64,000 bases of DNA from Waltera intestinalis (GTDB taxonomy: Bacteria; Bacillota_I; Bacilli_A; Erysipelotrichales; Erysipelotrichaceae). Shown here one piece after another: positions 39,657-51,400 of the stretch. Under the pieces are notes generated by a model. That model was given only the letters and a program-made list of their open reading frames with translations. It did no database searches and was not told the DNA's origin. The stretch spans positions 12,169 to 76,168 of the forward strand of contig CAVBGZ010000001.1 of the NCBI GenBank assembly GCA_963595075.1, written 5' to 3'. Made by a program: the position numbers and the translations under genes. Each line of letters opens with the position of its first letter. Within the stretch, counting starts at the first letter, position 1.

Positions 39657-40751
39657 ATGAAAAATTCAGACGTTATATTACATAAATTCCTAGTTGAATC
39701 AGGAGATTATTCAGAATCAGATTTTGTTAATCTTCATGAGGACACTAAAAGTGATGCAATAAGAACAATCGCATCTTCATTAATGAAAGAAATAATCGCC
39801 ACATCAGAGGGTATTGATACTACATTGATCGATCAGTCACGAGGAGATATTAGAAATCTTCGTGACCTAGAATCAATTCAAGTTGCATTGAGTAAGATTG
39901 ATAGCATGTTAGACTCTGCTAATGCCTTATTCAATCAAGGCTTAGTCAAAGATTATATGACAGCAGTTACAAAGTCAATTTTTTATTTAAATCAATACGC
40001 AGCTCAATTTAAAGATGGCTATAGAATGAAGAAATCTGTAGTAATTTTGAGATATCAAACTGTTGTCATTGCTATTATGAGTTGTGTAGCATATTTATTC
40101 GCATCTTTAGTAGATTTCTCTTCTGGAAAAGCCGAGTTAAAATCTAATCCAAAATTAGATGAAACTTCTGCTCTTAGAGTATTAAAGCAATTTATTAGCT
40201 CTGCAGATAATGGTGAATTGAGATTGATTATGAAAGATGTTAATACTGTTAGAGAATCTTATAATGAAAATTCTCTAGAAGTAATGAGCACAATTCAAGA
40301 AGCCAGTGATATTTTCTCAACAACAATCACTGGACTGAAGAATCTTTATGATAATTTAGATAAAGGCGGTAGAGTAACAAACCTTATATATAAAGCAATT
40401 GGAATCATTGCCGCCTTATATCCAATGCGAGAATTATTTGCTATGCTATTGAGATCTCGCTATAAAGTTAGAGATATCTTCGATGGTGTAAGAAACTTCG
40501 CAAATAGTGGTGCATTAAATTCTTTAAATAGACTTCAACAATTTGGTTCTAGATTTAGAGTTGATGCTGAAGAAAATTCTAAATTAGCTCAAAGAGACAT
40601 AGCATCTTCTAATAAAGAAATTGCTAATCGAGTTAAAGAATTACCAGAACCAGATGCTGCTACAGTTGTTACTCCTACTAGTGACTATACATTACAACCA
40701 AAAACAAGTGCTCAACCAGCACCTGCAACGGATGATTTCTTCTTCATGTAA
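39657..40751 (+). CDS. probable virion head protein
   Basis: 364 aa helical; FLVES, IQEAS motifs; co-transcribed with 36842. Confidence 0.6.
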   Translation: MKNSDVILHKFLVESGDYSESDFVNLHEDTKSDAIRTIASSLMKEIIATSEGIDTTLIDQSRGDIRNLRDLESIQVALSKIDSMLDSANALFNQGLVKDYMTAVTKSIFYLNQYAAQFKDGYRMKKSVVILRYQTVVIAIMSCVAYLFASLVDFSSGKAELKSNPKLDETSALRVLKQFISSADNGELRLIMKDVNTVRESYNENSLEVMSTIQEASDIFSTTITGLKNLYDNLDKGGRVTNLIYKAIGIIAALYPMRELFAMLLRSRYKVRDIFDGVRNFANSGALNSLNRLQQFGSRFRVDAEENSKLAQRDIASSNKEIANRVKELPEPDAATVVTPTSDYTLQPKTSAQPAPATDDFFFM

Positions 40752-40755
40752 AAAC

Positions 40756-40788
40756 AAAAAAAAGATAACTTAGGTTATCTTTTTTTTT
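40756..40788. terminator. bidirectional terminator
   Basis: A8-GATAAC-TTAG-GTTATC-T-run. Confidence 0.8.
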
Positions 40789-41200
40789 ATTGCCTAGTAA
40801 CAAAGATCGCTGGGGTTACTTTAGAAGAATAAACAAATGCATAAACCATTGTATTATTCTCATCTACATCTTTGTAAGTATCTACAATCTGACCTTTTAA
40901 ATTTTTATTATAAAATTCAATATTTTTAGCATCGATTTTTAAAAAGTAGTAGATAATTGCTCCCATACATTGATCAATGAACCACATACGATCGTCTTTT
41001 CCTAGGTCATCATATTTAGTTTTTAATATTTTCTCAATTCTAGCTTTATTAGCATCAAATTGCTGAAAATCTTCTATTTCATATTCGTTTTGATCTTTGA
41101 ATATGAATCTTTTTCTGTGAATTGCAGTAGATAACGTGCTACACGCTTTTACTAATTTATCGGTTGCATCTAAGTCGCTTAGTGTAAATTTTAAAATCAT
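40787..41200 (-). CDS. hypothetical protein
   Basis: 137 aa, AAGGAG RBS, late promoter. Confidence 0.7.
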   Translation of the reverse strand: MILKFTLSDLDATDKLVKACSTLSTAIHRKRFIFKDQNEYEIEDFQQFDANKARIEKILKTKYDDLGKDDRMWFIDQCMGAIIYYFLKIDAKNIEFYNKNLKGQIVDTYKDVDENNTMVYAFVYSSKVTPAIFVTRQ

Positions 41201-41227
41201 GCCGAATTTCTCCTTGTTAAATTTCTA

Positions 41228-41241
41228 TATAATATATTGTT
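41228..41241 (-). promoter_or_regulatory. phage late promoter motif
   Basis: Reverse complement AACAATATATTATA. Confidence 0.75.
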
Positions 41242-41294
41242 GCGGCGATTATTTTTTAGTAGATTTTTATTTTTTAAAGAGATACTAGAAGTTG

Positions 41295-41308
41295 AACAAT
41301 TTATTATA
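41295..41308 (+). promoter_or_regulatory. phage late promoter motif
   Basis: AACAATTTATTATA. Confidence 0.8.
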
Positions 41309-41332
41309 AATTAAATAAAACTAGGTGATAAA

Positions 41333-42436
41333 ATGGCAGTAAATAATGATAGCACATTAGGTGTCAATAAAGATATCCCAGGAATTCGTAACTTAACAAG
41401 ATTTGACGGGTATTTCACAAATCATTACAAAAATGTTTTGACATCAGGTACAGCATTTGTTTTCTTTACAAAACCAAATCTTTTCTTATATCAAAATCCT
41501 TCTAACGGAGTTAATAATGAGTATAAGAATTTGGCTTATGAAAACATGTGTTCTGACTCTTACTTTTCTTTATTCTTGAATTCGGAAGCAATAAATGATC
41601 AAGATAAGTTAATAATTGAGAATCTTTCTTACATTAGTACTTTAGATAGCAATTTCATAAAGATTCTAACTAATGAATGTAAGAACTTTGATCCTCAAGA
41701 TACAAATATAGATGCTCAAGATTTACTTGAGACTAAGCAAGGATATAGAATGCAATATGGAACTCATACCGTTGCATCTAGAGTTAATGGCCAACTTTCA
41801 TTCCAATTTACTGAGACTGCTAATTTAGATATAACTAAAATTTTATCACTTTGGGTTAAATATATTGAGAATATTTCAGATGGAACTTTTAGAGCAAATC
41901 CAGATATGGTTAATAAAGGAATTCTAGATTATACATCTTCTATTTATTATTTCCTTCTTGGGCCAGATGGTCACACTTTAAAATATTGGGCTAAATATAC
42001 TGGATGCTGGCCAGCAAATATTCCTTACAGTGCATTCCGTTATGCTAAAAAAGATCAATCAATAGTGGAATTGAGTTCAACTTTTAACTACATGATAAAA
42101 GAAGATATGGACCCAAGAATTCTAGAAGATTTCAACAGAGTTTCATTGGGTTACTTATCATATACTGATACATATGAGAATAGCAAGAATTATGATTCGT
42201 TCAAAGATTCTGCACTTTTATCTAAGACAAAGCTTTTAACAAGATTTGGAAGCACAATCAACTCAGATGATCGTGATCCAATAGTCTTCTTTAACCAGAA
42301 TGATGATATTGCTAAAAATTCGGTTGATTCTCAAGTTAGCAAATTTGAATTATCTTTTGGTCCTCGTGACATGGAATATACTTTTGAAAGTGAGCATTTT
42401 GATTATGACTCATCAATTTATAATACAGATATCTAG
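41333..42436 (+). CDS. tail-tube-fold baseplate protein (T4 gp19/gp48/gp54-like)
   Basis: LSFQFTET..W, LDYTSSIY, KYTGCWPANIP, ELSSTFNY; adjacent to baseplate wedge. Confidence 0.55.
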   Translation: MAVNNDSTLGVNKDIPGIRNLTRFDGYFTNHYKNVLTSGTAFVFFTKPNLFLYQNPSNGVNNEYKNLAYENMCSDSYFSLFLNSEAINDQDKLIIENLSYISTLDSNFIKILTNECKNFDPQDTNIDAQDLLETKQGYRMQYGTHTVASRVNGQLSFQFTETANLDITKILSLWVKYIENISDGTFRANPDMVNKGILDYTSSIYYFLLGPDGHTLKYWAKYTGCWPANIPYSAFRYAKKDQSIVELSSTFNYMIKEDMDPRILEDFNRVSLGYLSYTDTYENSKNYDSFKDSALLSKTKLLTRFGSTINSDDRDPIVFFNQNDDIAKNSVDSQVSKFELSFGPRDMEYTFESEHFDYDSSIYNTDI

Positions 42437-42444
42437 GTGGTAAC

Positions 42445-45171
42445 ATGGCGAATATAATATCAAGTTCAAAATATGACATTTATCAAAAATATGCAGCCAT
42501 AATGGAGCATTATTTTGGAGATAATACCGATTACGCAAGATCTGGACTTATGGCATACATTACAGAATGTATGGCGTTATTCCAAAGAGATAGTGCTCTT
42601 CATAAAGAAATGCTTTATAAAGAATCTTATCTAAATACAGCGGTAATGCCAAGATCGGTCTATAATTATGCTAAAATGTTTAATATTTCTGTTTCAAATG
42701 CAACTCCAGCTTATGCAGATATCATGCTTACAATAAATACAACAGAGCTAAGAAGCATGATAATGAAGAGGAAATCTTCAAATTCAGCTTTTACTAAATA
42801 TGGAACAGATGTTTCTTCTCTAAATCGCAATTGCTTAGTAATCGACAGATCAAATCAAATTATTGCAGGAGATTACTATTTTGCTATTGAAAGATCGATA
42901 ATCATTTATATTACGGATAGTGGATCTTTCGTAGTTCAATACTGTAATACTGAGGAACCGGCAACAACAGAATTTGGAAATATGGACACAACAATTTTGA
43001 AAACGGTTTTAACGTCTGCCGATGGTGAAACTTACATTTCATTTATTGTTCGTGCATATCAATACAAAATTAATTCAATTCAAAAACAAATTACTTCGGC
43101 TTCATTTGTTGATACAAAAGTTCATACATTCTCTTACAGCGATCAACTAGCTGGAATCCGTCTTCAATACAAGAAAAATAATAAGACGGTTTCTATTCCA
43201 CTAGTTTTCTCTGATTCTATAATCAATGATGAAGAGCAATATGCTTATTACAACATTACAGATGATAATGAAGTAGAAATTCGATTCTTAAACGACGTTT
43301 TCTTACCATCAGTCGGATCTACTCTTTTAGTAGATATTTACACAACTTTTGGAAAGAAAGGAAATACCACTTTTACAGGGGAAGCTTCCTTAACATTATC
43401 AGATGAAGATTACCGTACTCTAGCAATCACAGCTACTTTCACAGATAATCAGTCTTATGGCGGTAAAGATACACCAACAATAAAAGAAACTAAAGAAAAT
43501 ATAATTAATCAAATCTCTTCAAGAGACTGTATTGTTACAGAAAATGACTTAAATACTTACTTCAATGGTTTGAAACAATATTTCTCTACAGTAAATGATG
43601 GAGAATTGGAATTCAAAAAGAAACGTGACGATTTAATTCGAAGAGTCTATAATGCTTACATCCTTCTAAGAAATGGCTTAGATCAAAATGGTGACGTTTC
43701 AACAAATACTTCTTATATTTCTAAAGTAATTCCAACTAGAACAGTAGATGCAACTTTCCCGATTACAAACAACATTTCTAAACCTTTTGGATCTATTCTG
43801 GAAGAAGTTGTTTCTAGTAACGTAATAAATTATCAATATGTGCCAATCGAAAATGAGGCATCTGGTAACGATTACTACGTCATCCCATTTTATATGCGTG
43901 TTCTACTATCTCCTGTTAAGAAAGTAAAATATATTTACAATTTAACAAACGATTCAGCCTCATTAGCTTACACATCAATTGACAAGAGTGGAAACATTAT
44001 TCTAACACCTTCTACTGCTTCGGTAAATAGAGGCGTTGATGGTTATGAAACTAATTCTCGTTACACATTCACATTCTCATTCGCTTCTAATAAAGATATC
44101 TCTGCACTATGGGGTTCTAATACAATCAATCTTATGCTTTATAAATCAAAGAATAATGCGATTACCGTAAATATTCCTTTGAATTCAGCCCCAGCAGATA
44201 ATGAGTGTGGATTTACTGTCATTTCTACTAAAGAAGACGATTCGGAGATTTATAATACTTCATTCGTTATTTCTATTCCGGTTGCAGATGAAGAATTCTC
44301 ATTTACAGATAAAGATGATTTCGGAACTTACATTAATCTCTACTCATCGGCTACAAGCAATATCAAGCTTTCTGAAGATATCTACGTTGGTCTAAATATA
44401 AATGCTACTATTGATGGCGAAACTATCAACATGACATTTAAATCAGATGATAAACTAAGTTTATTTAGAAATCTAGATTCTATCATGAATTCAGACATTG
44501 TGGTTAATTCTAAGACAGAATATTATCGAACTAAATTAGATGGAAATGAAGAGATAATTTCTAAGGAAGAATATGAGAATACCGTTATTCCTGAATCAGG
44601 CAGCGTTAGCGATAGCACATATATTGCTAAACGAGAAGCCGAAGTTATTTCTTCAATCAAAATAAAAGAAATCCCTGTTGTTCATACATCATTCTTCAAC
44701 GATGAAGCAAATCAATCTAAATTCATCAAGCAATTATTTATCTATATTGAAATGCTAAAAGATAATATGAGCAAACTAGAGACAAACACTTACTTCAACT
44801 TAAAGTTTGAGAATACTACTGGAAAATCTCAACTTTATGATACAGTTGATATAAACTTGAAATTAGAATTAGAAATTGTTTTAAATGGCAACCGAGACGA
44901 TGCACTAGAAAAAGAAATCCGCGATTATATTCGAGCATTAGTAGATAATTGTAATCAATATGGCGGAATTGAAGTTTCTAACATTATAACTTATACAACT
45001 GCTGCTTATAAAGATTATATACATCACATCACATTCAAGGGATTAAACGGAACATTTGATCAAAGAATTACTACAATAGAGAGTTCTAGTGTTAATGCAG
45101 TTCCAGAACATTTCAATTTAGATACTGAGTCTTTAGATGAATGTATCACATTCAAATCTTTAACTCAGTAA
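42445..45171 (+). CDS. baseplate wedge protein (T4 gp6 / baseplate J-like)
   Basis: ESYLNTAVMPRSVYNYAKMFN, TTFGKKGN, GGKDTPT, RDCIVTENDL. Confidence 0.75.
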   Translation: MANIISSSKYDIYQKYAAIMEHYFGDNTDYARSGLMAYITECMALFQRDSALHKEMLYKESYLNTAVMPRSVYNYAKMFNISVSNATPAYADIMLTINTTELRSMIMKRKSSNSAFTKYGTDVSSLNRNCLVIDRSNQIIAGDYYFAIERSIIIYITDSGSFVVQYCNTEEPATTEFGNMDTTILKTVLTSADGETYISFIVRAYQYKINSIQKQITSASFVDTKVHTFSYSDQLAGIRLQYKKNNKTVSIPLVFSDSIINDEEQYAYYNITDDNEVEIRFLNDVFLPSVGSTLLVDIYTTFGKKGNTTFTGEASLTLSDEDYRTLAITATFTDNQSYGGKDTPTIKETKENIINQISSRDCIVTENDLNTYFNGLKQYFSTVNDGELEFKKKRDDLIRRVYNAYILLRNGLDQNGDVSTNTSYISKVIPTRTVDATFPITNNISKPFGSILEEVVSSNVINYQYVPIENEASGNDYYVIPFYMRVLLSPVKKVKYIYNLTNDSASLAYTSIDKSGNIILTPSTASVNRGVDGYETNSRYTFTFSFASNKDISALWGSNTINLMLYKSKNNAITVNIPLNSAPADNECGFTVISTKEDDSEIYNTSFVISIPVADEEFSFTDKDDFGTYINLYSSATSNIKLSEDIYVGLNINATIDGETINMTFKSDDKLSLFRNLDSIMNSDIVVNSKTEYYRTKLDGNEEIISKEEYENTVIPESGSVSDSTYIAKREAEVISSIKIKEIPVVHTSFFNDEANQSKFIKQLFIYIEMLKDNMSKLETNTYFNLKFENTTGKSQLYDTVDINLKLELEIVLNGNRDDALEKEIRDYIRALVDNCNQYGGIEVSNIITYTTAAYKDYIHHITFKGLNGTFDQRITTIESSSVNAVPEHFNLDTESLDECITFKSLTQ

Positions 45172-45197
45172 AAATTCTAATAAAAAATAATACTCGG

Positions 45198-45211
45198 AAC
45201 AATTTATTATA
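45198..45211 (+). promoter_or_regulatory. phage late promoter motif
   Basis: AAAAAATAATACTCGG-AACAATTTATTATA. Confidence 0.8.
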
Positions 45212-45233
45212 AACAATCGCCGAGTAGGTTCAG

Positions 45234-45247
45234 AACAATACATTATA
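45234..45247 (+). promoter_or_regulatory. phage late promoter motif (tandem second copy)
   Basis: AACAATACATTATA. Confidence 0.7.
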
Positions 45248-45277
45248 TAAAAAATCAAAAGAAAGGTCTGATAATGA

Positions 45278-46480
45278 ATGAGAGACATTGAAATCAGTAA
45301 ATCAGCTGTAAATAGATCAAAGAAAATAGATTCAAATATAGCAGAAGCATTTAAAGAATTCAAAGCTAGAAAAGCAGCAGAAGAAAAAATGCTACAAGAA
45401 TCAAAAGATAAAAAAGTTTATGATACTTTATATAATTCATATGGAGCTAAGAAAGATAGAGAACGAGAAAAATCTAAATTATTAACAGAATCATTAGATT
45501 ATGATAATAAAGCGACAATAGCAGGTTTGACTTCAGTACTTACAAAGATTGTAAAAGAATCATTATTATTAGATCCAGAAGAATATAAAGCTATCAATGA
45601 AAACTATGAAAAGACTATTTCAGATACAATTAAAACATTTTTAGAAAAAGCAGATTTGAATGAAAATATTGACAATCCAAATACTGCAAAATTATTAGAA
45701 TTTGTTGAAGCTAATAAGCCTTCAAAAGAATTCGGCAAATATTTAACAGAAGCTCAACTTTACGATGAGTATGGAAATAAAACATATGAAACAGTAAATA
45801 ATGAGATGGATGAATTATCAGGAGATGTAATGGATAGAGTAGCGCAATTAATTGATACTCAAAGAATTGAATCTCAAAATGTAAATGATAATTTAAATGC
45901 AATTACAAATATGCAAGAATCTGAAAGACCAGTTCTATTCAGAAATGATAATAGAAAATCAATTCTAGAAGTTTTAGCATTAAATGAAGCTACTGAAATG
46001 GTTGCAAATGGAAACCCTTACAATAGTGATTTAGCATTAGCAAACGCAATTACTTACATTACAGTTCTAGAAACATTAGATGCTACTGGATTAGTAACAG
46101 TTGGTAAAGAAGGATATAGACGCTTACTAGAAGCTTCTGGAGAAATCACTACTCCTATCAGAAAAATTGCAGCTAAGGCATCTCCAATGGCTTTACAAGA
46201 AACTGAAAAAGAAGTTAAGTCTAGATATCAAATGCTTCAAGAAAAGATTAATGACAGCAAGACAGCCGGCTTTATTAGCTTCTCTGAATGGAAGAAAGCC
46301 AAGAGCCAATTCAGCATCAACGAATCTGCAGCACCTGAAGTGAAGTACGATTACATCGATCGTCATGGAAATAAGATGCTAAAAGAAGACGTTGAGAAAG
46401 CTCTAACTAATGAAGGATTTGATTTCGAGATCGATGACTTCAATACGATTGTAAGAGCCAGAGGATACAAACGAATCTAA
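45278..46480 (+). CDS. probable prohead core/scaffold-like protein
   Basis: 400 aa, Glu/Lys-rich helical, many [LI]xE[SA] motifs (MLQES, LLTES, YLTEA, ALNEA, LLEAS, INESA). Confidence 0.55.
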   Translation: MRDIEISKSAVNRSKKIDSNIAEAFKEFKARKAAEEKMLQESKDKKVYDTLYNSYGAKKDREREKSKLLTESLDYDNKATIAGLTSVLTKIVKESLLLDPEEYKAINENYEKTISDTIKTFLEKADLNENIDNPNTAKLLEFVEANKPSKEFGKYLTEAQLYDEYGNKTYETVNNEMDELSGDVMDRVAQLIDTQRIESQNVNDNLNAITNMQESERPVLFRNDNRKSILEVLALNEATEMVANGNPYNSDLALANAITYITVLETLDATGLVTVGKEGYRRLLEASGEITTPIRKIAAKASPMALQETEKEVKSRYQMLQEKINDSKTAGFISFSEWKKAKSQFSINESAAPEVKYDYIDRHGNKMLKEDVEKALTNEGFDFEIDDFNTIVRARGYKRI

Positions 46481-46487
46481 AAGAAAT

Positions 46488-46519
46488 AAATAAGATAACT
46501 TCGGTTATCTTATTTTTTT
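46488..46519. terminator. bidirectional terminator with UUCG loop
   Basis: AAATAAGATAAC-TTCG-GTTATCTTATTT plus T-run. Confidence 0.85.
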
Positions 46520-47711
46520 ATTTAATAATTGTTAAGAGAATATTTCCTGTGTAAGTCTTCATGTTTCCAGAAGAGAAAGAAACTCTCATTTCAGATATAT
46601 CGTAACTGCCTTTGCATAATTCGTCTTCACAATTTATATTTACTCTAGTCTTAGGCGTAATATAACTTGGATTTAAATTTGACAAACTTATTGCAGATTG
46701 GATGCTTGTAGATTTCACTGCCGCTTTTTCAAATAAATCGCTCTTATTAGTATTCCAGTAATATCTCACCTTAGAATTATTCTTGTCTCTCTCATATGTT
46801 CTGCTGACTAATTCAAATTCAGATCCATATGATCCGAAGATTGCTGTTCCTCCAATTAGATTATCATTGACGTCTTTAATTGAAGTATAAACTGGTGCAG
46901 AATCAAGAACTTTCTTTAGATTATTTTCATCATCAACTTGGATATTGGTATAAGTTGTACTGGAGCTGTCACTAATTTCCTGAACTTGAATATCTAGAAT
47001 ATTCTCGTAGTAACCTTCTGCAGATGAGAATCTCTTACAGATGTAGGTTTTATCAACATCAAAGAAATGAAGAACATCTGTGTCATAGATTCCATAATTT
47101 GATTGTAAATAATCAATAGCCTTAGCAATATTCATAGGAGGAATTAATAGAGTTTCCTCTCTTTGTTTATTGTCAGAAGAATCTAAATAAAGTGAATTAT
47201 TTTGGCCGTAGATATCCGTTAAGATTTCATCCATAGAAGCATTTGCATAAACATCATTAACTATCTCATCGTTTAGCTCTAGGATTTTGTCCGGATATCC
47301 AATTAGCTGAATTTGGTATTTCTGATTCTCTATTGGAGATTCCTCTTTAGTTTCAGTATCATCATCTGATTTTACTGCTACTTTAGTTAAATTTTTGTCA
47401 TATAAACGGAGAATTGTATTGACTACTACGTCTTCTACAATTGGTGTATCGTTTTCTTCATCTTCAATAGCATCTAAAGCTGAGAAGGATTCTATCTTCA
47501 ATGCTAATTTAACGTTATTTTTTTGAATTATATCGTAGATATCTTGAGTGACAATTAGTACAACAGAAAACTTTGGATAAATTGCATTTAAAAAATCTTT
47601 CTGAATGCCAACCATTCTAAAGCAGCCATTTAAGCTATAATCCTCATTATTGTCAATGTCTTGTAAATATCCACTAATTAAAAATTGATCATTTATAGTT
47701 GTATAAGCCAT
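46518..47711 (-). CDS. probable tail/baseplate structural protein
   Basis: 397 aa; LLIPPMN..IDYLQSNYGIY; late operon. Confidence 0.55.
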   Translation of the reverse strand: MAYTTINDQFLISGYLQDIDNNEDYSLNGCFRMVGIQKDFLNAIYPKFSVVLIVTQDIYDIIQKNNVKLALKIESFSALDAIEDEENDTPIVEDVVVNTILRLYDKNLTKVAVKSDDDTETKEESPIENQKYQIQLIGYPDKILELNDEIVNDVYANASMDEILTDIYGQNNSLYLDSSDNKQREETLLIPPMNIAKAIDYLQSNYGIYDTDVLHFFDVDKTYICKRFSSAEGYYENILDIQVQEISDSSSTTYTNIQVDDENNLKKVLDSAPVYTSIKDVNDNLIGGTAIFGSYGSEFELVSRTYERDKNNSKVRYYWNTNKSDLFEKAAVKSTSIQSAISLSNLNPSYITPKTRVNINCEDELCKGSYDISEMRVSFSSGNMKTYTGNILLTIIK

Positions 47712-48307
47712 TATAAAATTCCTTTGAAATCAGTAGCGACGTTAGCTTCAGACATTTTCTCCATACGATCTACCTTCTCTAATAGATCTAAACTAACGCC
47801 TTGTTTATGTTTCTCTATAAAATCTTTGTATTTTCCATAGATTTGATTTTTGTTGATGAAAATCGAGTTGAGATGAGATAATTCGTGGTTTGTTTGACAA
47901 AGTGATACTAAGCCTATTTCATTATTAAAGTGAGCTTCCATAATCTCTTTTGCAATTGAGAATGTTGTGATTTTATCTTTATTTATTAGATGATCCATTA
48001 CTAAGACCTCAATATTATCATAAAGAGTAAGTGGATAGTGATGAAACTCTAAAGCTGCATCATTATCTGAAATATTTGACATTATTGAGTCATAATTCAA
48101 TGCCGTGATATTTGTTCTTAAAAGTTCAATATACTTTCTATATTCTTTCGATCCACGGACTAATTTCTCTGTTGATTTGATAAATTTCTTTAGTAATGTG
48201 TCGTCGTAAGCATCCATGAAATAGAAACTCTCACAGTATATATTTCTATCTGAATGTAAAACTAAATTTTCTTCATCAAAATTTAAGTTTCCTATATTGC
48301 TGCTCAT
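47711..48307 (-). CDS. hypothetical protein with His-rich putative metal site
   Basis: EKLVRGSKEY, LEFHHYPLTLYD, VSLCQTNHELSH. Confidence 0.65.
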   Translation of the reverse strand: MSSNIGNLNFDEENLVLHSDRNIYCESFYFMDAYDDTLLKKFIKSTEKLVRGSKEYRKYIELLRTNITALNYDSIMSNISDNDAALEFHHYPLTLYDNIEVLVMDHLINKDKITTFSIAKEIMEAHFNNEIGLVSLCQTNHELSHLNSIFINKNQIYGKYKDFIEKHKQGVSLDLLEKVDRMEKMSEANVATDFKGIL

Positions 48308-48330
48308 ATGATCATCCCTTTTTACTTAGT

Positions 48331-48344
48331 TATAATAAATTGTT
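48331..48344 (-). promoter_or_regulatory. phage late promoter motif
   Basis: Reverse complement AACAATTTATTATA. Confidence 0.8.
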
Positions 48345-48381
48345 GTGAATTTTACATTTTCTACTAAAAAATAATGCTCGG

Positions 48382-48395
48382 AACAATTAATTATA
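48382..48395 (+). promoter_or_regulatory. phage late promoter motif
   Basis: AAAAAATAATGCTCGG-AACAATTAATTATA. Confidence 0.8.
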
Positions 48396-48419
48396 GAACA
48401 AAAGCGAGCGTGATCTGAT

Positions 48420-51400
48420 GTGGCAAGTTTAGAAATAAAGACAATAGAACAACTTAATAAGTTAGCTAAATCATATAAAACAAATATTAATGAATTATTA
48501 TTGAAATCGCTGAATAATATTTCAACATATGATTCATATTCAATAACAGAAGATTCTGTAACAGAATTTAATAATATCGTGAATTTTTATCTAAATGCTT
48601 CTGTAAAGGATTCTGAAACTCTAGATAATGCAGATAATCCAATTTCACAAGCATTTAAAGATTTACTTATCAAATATTATGAAAATGGTCTAACCAATGC
48701 AGATATTTACGTCCTTCTAACAATTGTTGCAAAATATAATAAGCAAATAGAAGCTCATTTAAATGATAATTTATTAACTTCTTGTTTTGGGTTAGTCACT
48801 GATTATTCAGCAGACACTTACTTTGCTAAAATATGTTCAGCTATAAAATCAATTTTATCTGAAGCTATTTATAATGGAGAATTTCAGATCGATACACTAG
48901 ATGCTAAGTTTGATGAAGTTCATGCGACAAATACTCTAACTCCATATTTAGTTAAAAAAGGCAGCGGAGTCTATTTAGCTAAAAAAGATGCCAACGGAAC
49001 AGAATATGCATATGTTGATTCAAAAACGATTGTTGTAAAACCTATCAAATATTTAGGAACAACTAATTATTTTGATGTAGCAGGAAAAACTGCAGCAGAA
49101 TTAAATGAAATCTTTTCTAATGCTACTATTACAGATTTACTAGACCTTTCAGACTCTAGTGATATGAATGATGAGAATTACCGTCCTTGCGGAAGAAAAG
49201 TAAATATCAACGGAAAAGAAGCAATTATTTACAATACTTTCATTGGCGATATCAAGCTTGATGGATCATCAATTATTTACAACAGTATAAAATCAGGCCA
49301 GGTAACATATTCTAACGATAATGGATTTACTAAAGATGACTTAAATCTCACCGGGGAATTACCTGCTAATCTAGAATTAATGTTCAGCAAATCAGAACTT
49401 GTATATAGAACATCTGATAAATCAATTCATCATACTGGAAAATATCTTAAAGCAACATTTAATCACTGGATAACTGGAAAAATTGCAGAATATCAAGTGC
49501 GTCAAGAATATGTCGGTAAAACCTATAATAAGTTAGATTTCTACGACAAACTAATAAATTCTTCTTATATTGAATTCTTATCTTACGCGTATTTGATATC
49601 TCAATTAGGGATTACAAACAAATATTGTCTTAAAGAAATAGGCGATAGTAAAGAATCAAGCGGAAAAGTTATTCGTTATGCATATGAAAACAATAACAGA
49701 TCTGCGCTATATCAGTTAAATAATGATGGAAGTTATGAAGAATTTGATTTCTCGTCAATATATACGCGATATAGTATCCTTCCAGTAGGTGGTGTAGAAG
49801 CGGGTTCAGCTGCTTTTACTCCAACTATTTTGTCACAGATTACTTACAAAAATGAAGTCAAAGGTTCAACCGACGGATTTAGTACAACTCTTTACATAAA
49901 AGAAGCAACCAGTGATGGGTCTGAGAAATGGGTTCAATATGGTAAAGCGTCTAACGATGAAGAATCATATTTTGGAGAAATTCAGACAAATATTAATGTA
50001 GATAATTTATTTAAATACATGAAGAGTATTTGCAGTGTTTTCTATAGCCAACAATCAGAATTATCTGAAGACATCGAACTTAACAAAATTTCAGATTTAT
50101 CTGCAGATAGCTTTTATGATTATGTTATAAATCAATATTTAAAGACTCTAACAGTAGTAGATTATAAAGACGTTATGATCTCTAAAGCTAAAATCTTATA
50201 CAAATTTTCTTCTAATCCAGCATCATCTGGTAATACGAAAACCATGGCATCTATTAACGAAATAGATGAAGCGCAAAAGAATAAACTTGTTGCGTCTTTT
50301 AATTTAATAGATGTTACGATGGGCGCCGATGAATTTGCTCTATTTAGAGATATAGAAGATAATTACTTCAAAGATGATTTAGGGGTAATTGAAACTGATA
50401 GTGACGGAGAGATTATAACGCAATCAATTGGGTCTCAAGTTCAACAAACTACAACTACTAAAATTAACGAAGACAATACTTACAGCTTCTCAGTTGGAAT
50501 TGTTTATAAAGAGTTAAATCCTCTTTATAGAGACATTGAAAGATCAGATATTTTAGAGCTTATGATCGAATTATTAAATCGTGACAATAAAATATTCACA
50601 GATGCAGAAACCGATCGCTTAATAAGCTCATCTGTAGATAATTCTATTAGAAATATGTCAATCAGTAACACAACTTTATTGAACGACGATATTAAATCTT
50701 TACTAGAATCTTTATATTGCAATCCTTATACTTGCAGAAAAGCTAGAGAATCTGATATAATTCAATATTGCGCCGGATCATACATAAATTACGGTACGGA
50801 TTCAACAGAAATGAAGGAAATTAATCATTTCCTAGAGATTTATCAGGAGACTCGCGAAGTATATTATCGAAATCTTCTTAATAAATCATTCACCCAAGAT
50901 CAATATTACGATGCTTATGAAAAGTTTATGCTAGCTACGGTTTCAATCGAGAGATTCATTTCTTCTAAGATTGACAATATTCATGATATTGATTACTTCA
51001 ACGAAACTGACATCAAAAACTTCTTAAGAACTTATGGATTAAGCGTACTAGAATCTACTGGAGCTTTCGTAGGTAAAACAGATTATCAGAAAATAATTAT
51101 TCGTAACTTCAATAAGCTTACGAGATTAAAAGGATCATCAAAAGTTATTAACGAGATCATTAACGTATTTAGTACTGGCAGTATAGATATTGATATAAAT
51201 CGATATCTAATTGCAGACGTTTGTGATTTAGAGAGTTCTAATAACATAGACAATGAGTCGGCATTCAAATCAAATGTTGAGAAGAATTATAAAATCAAAA
51301 TTTATGATGATTCTTATAAAGATACAATTGATGTAAGCGGATTAATTCACAGTGGAACTAAATTAAACACCCAGTTAGTTAAAATAAATAGATTTGGTCA

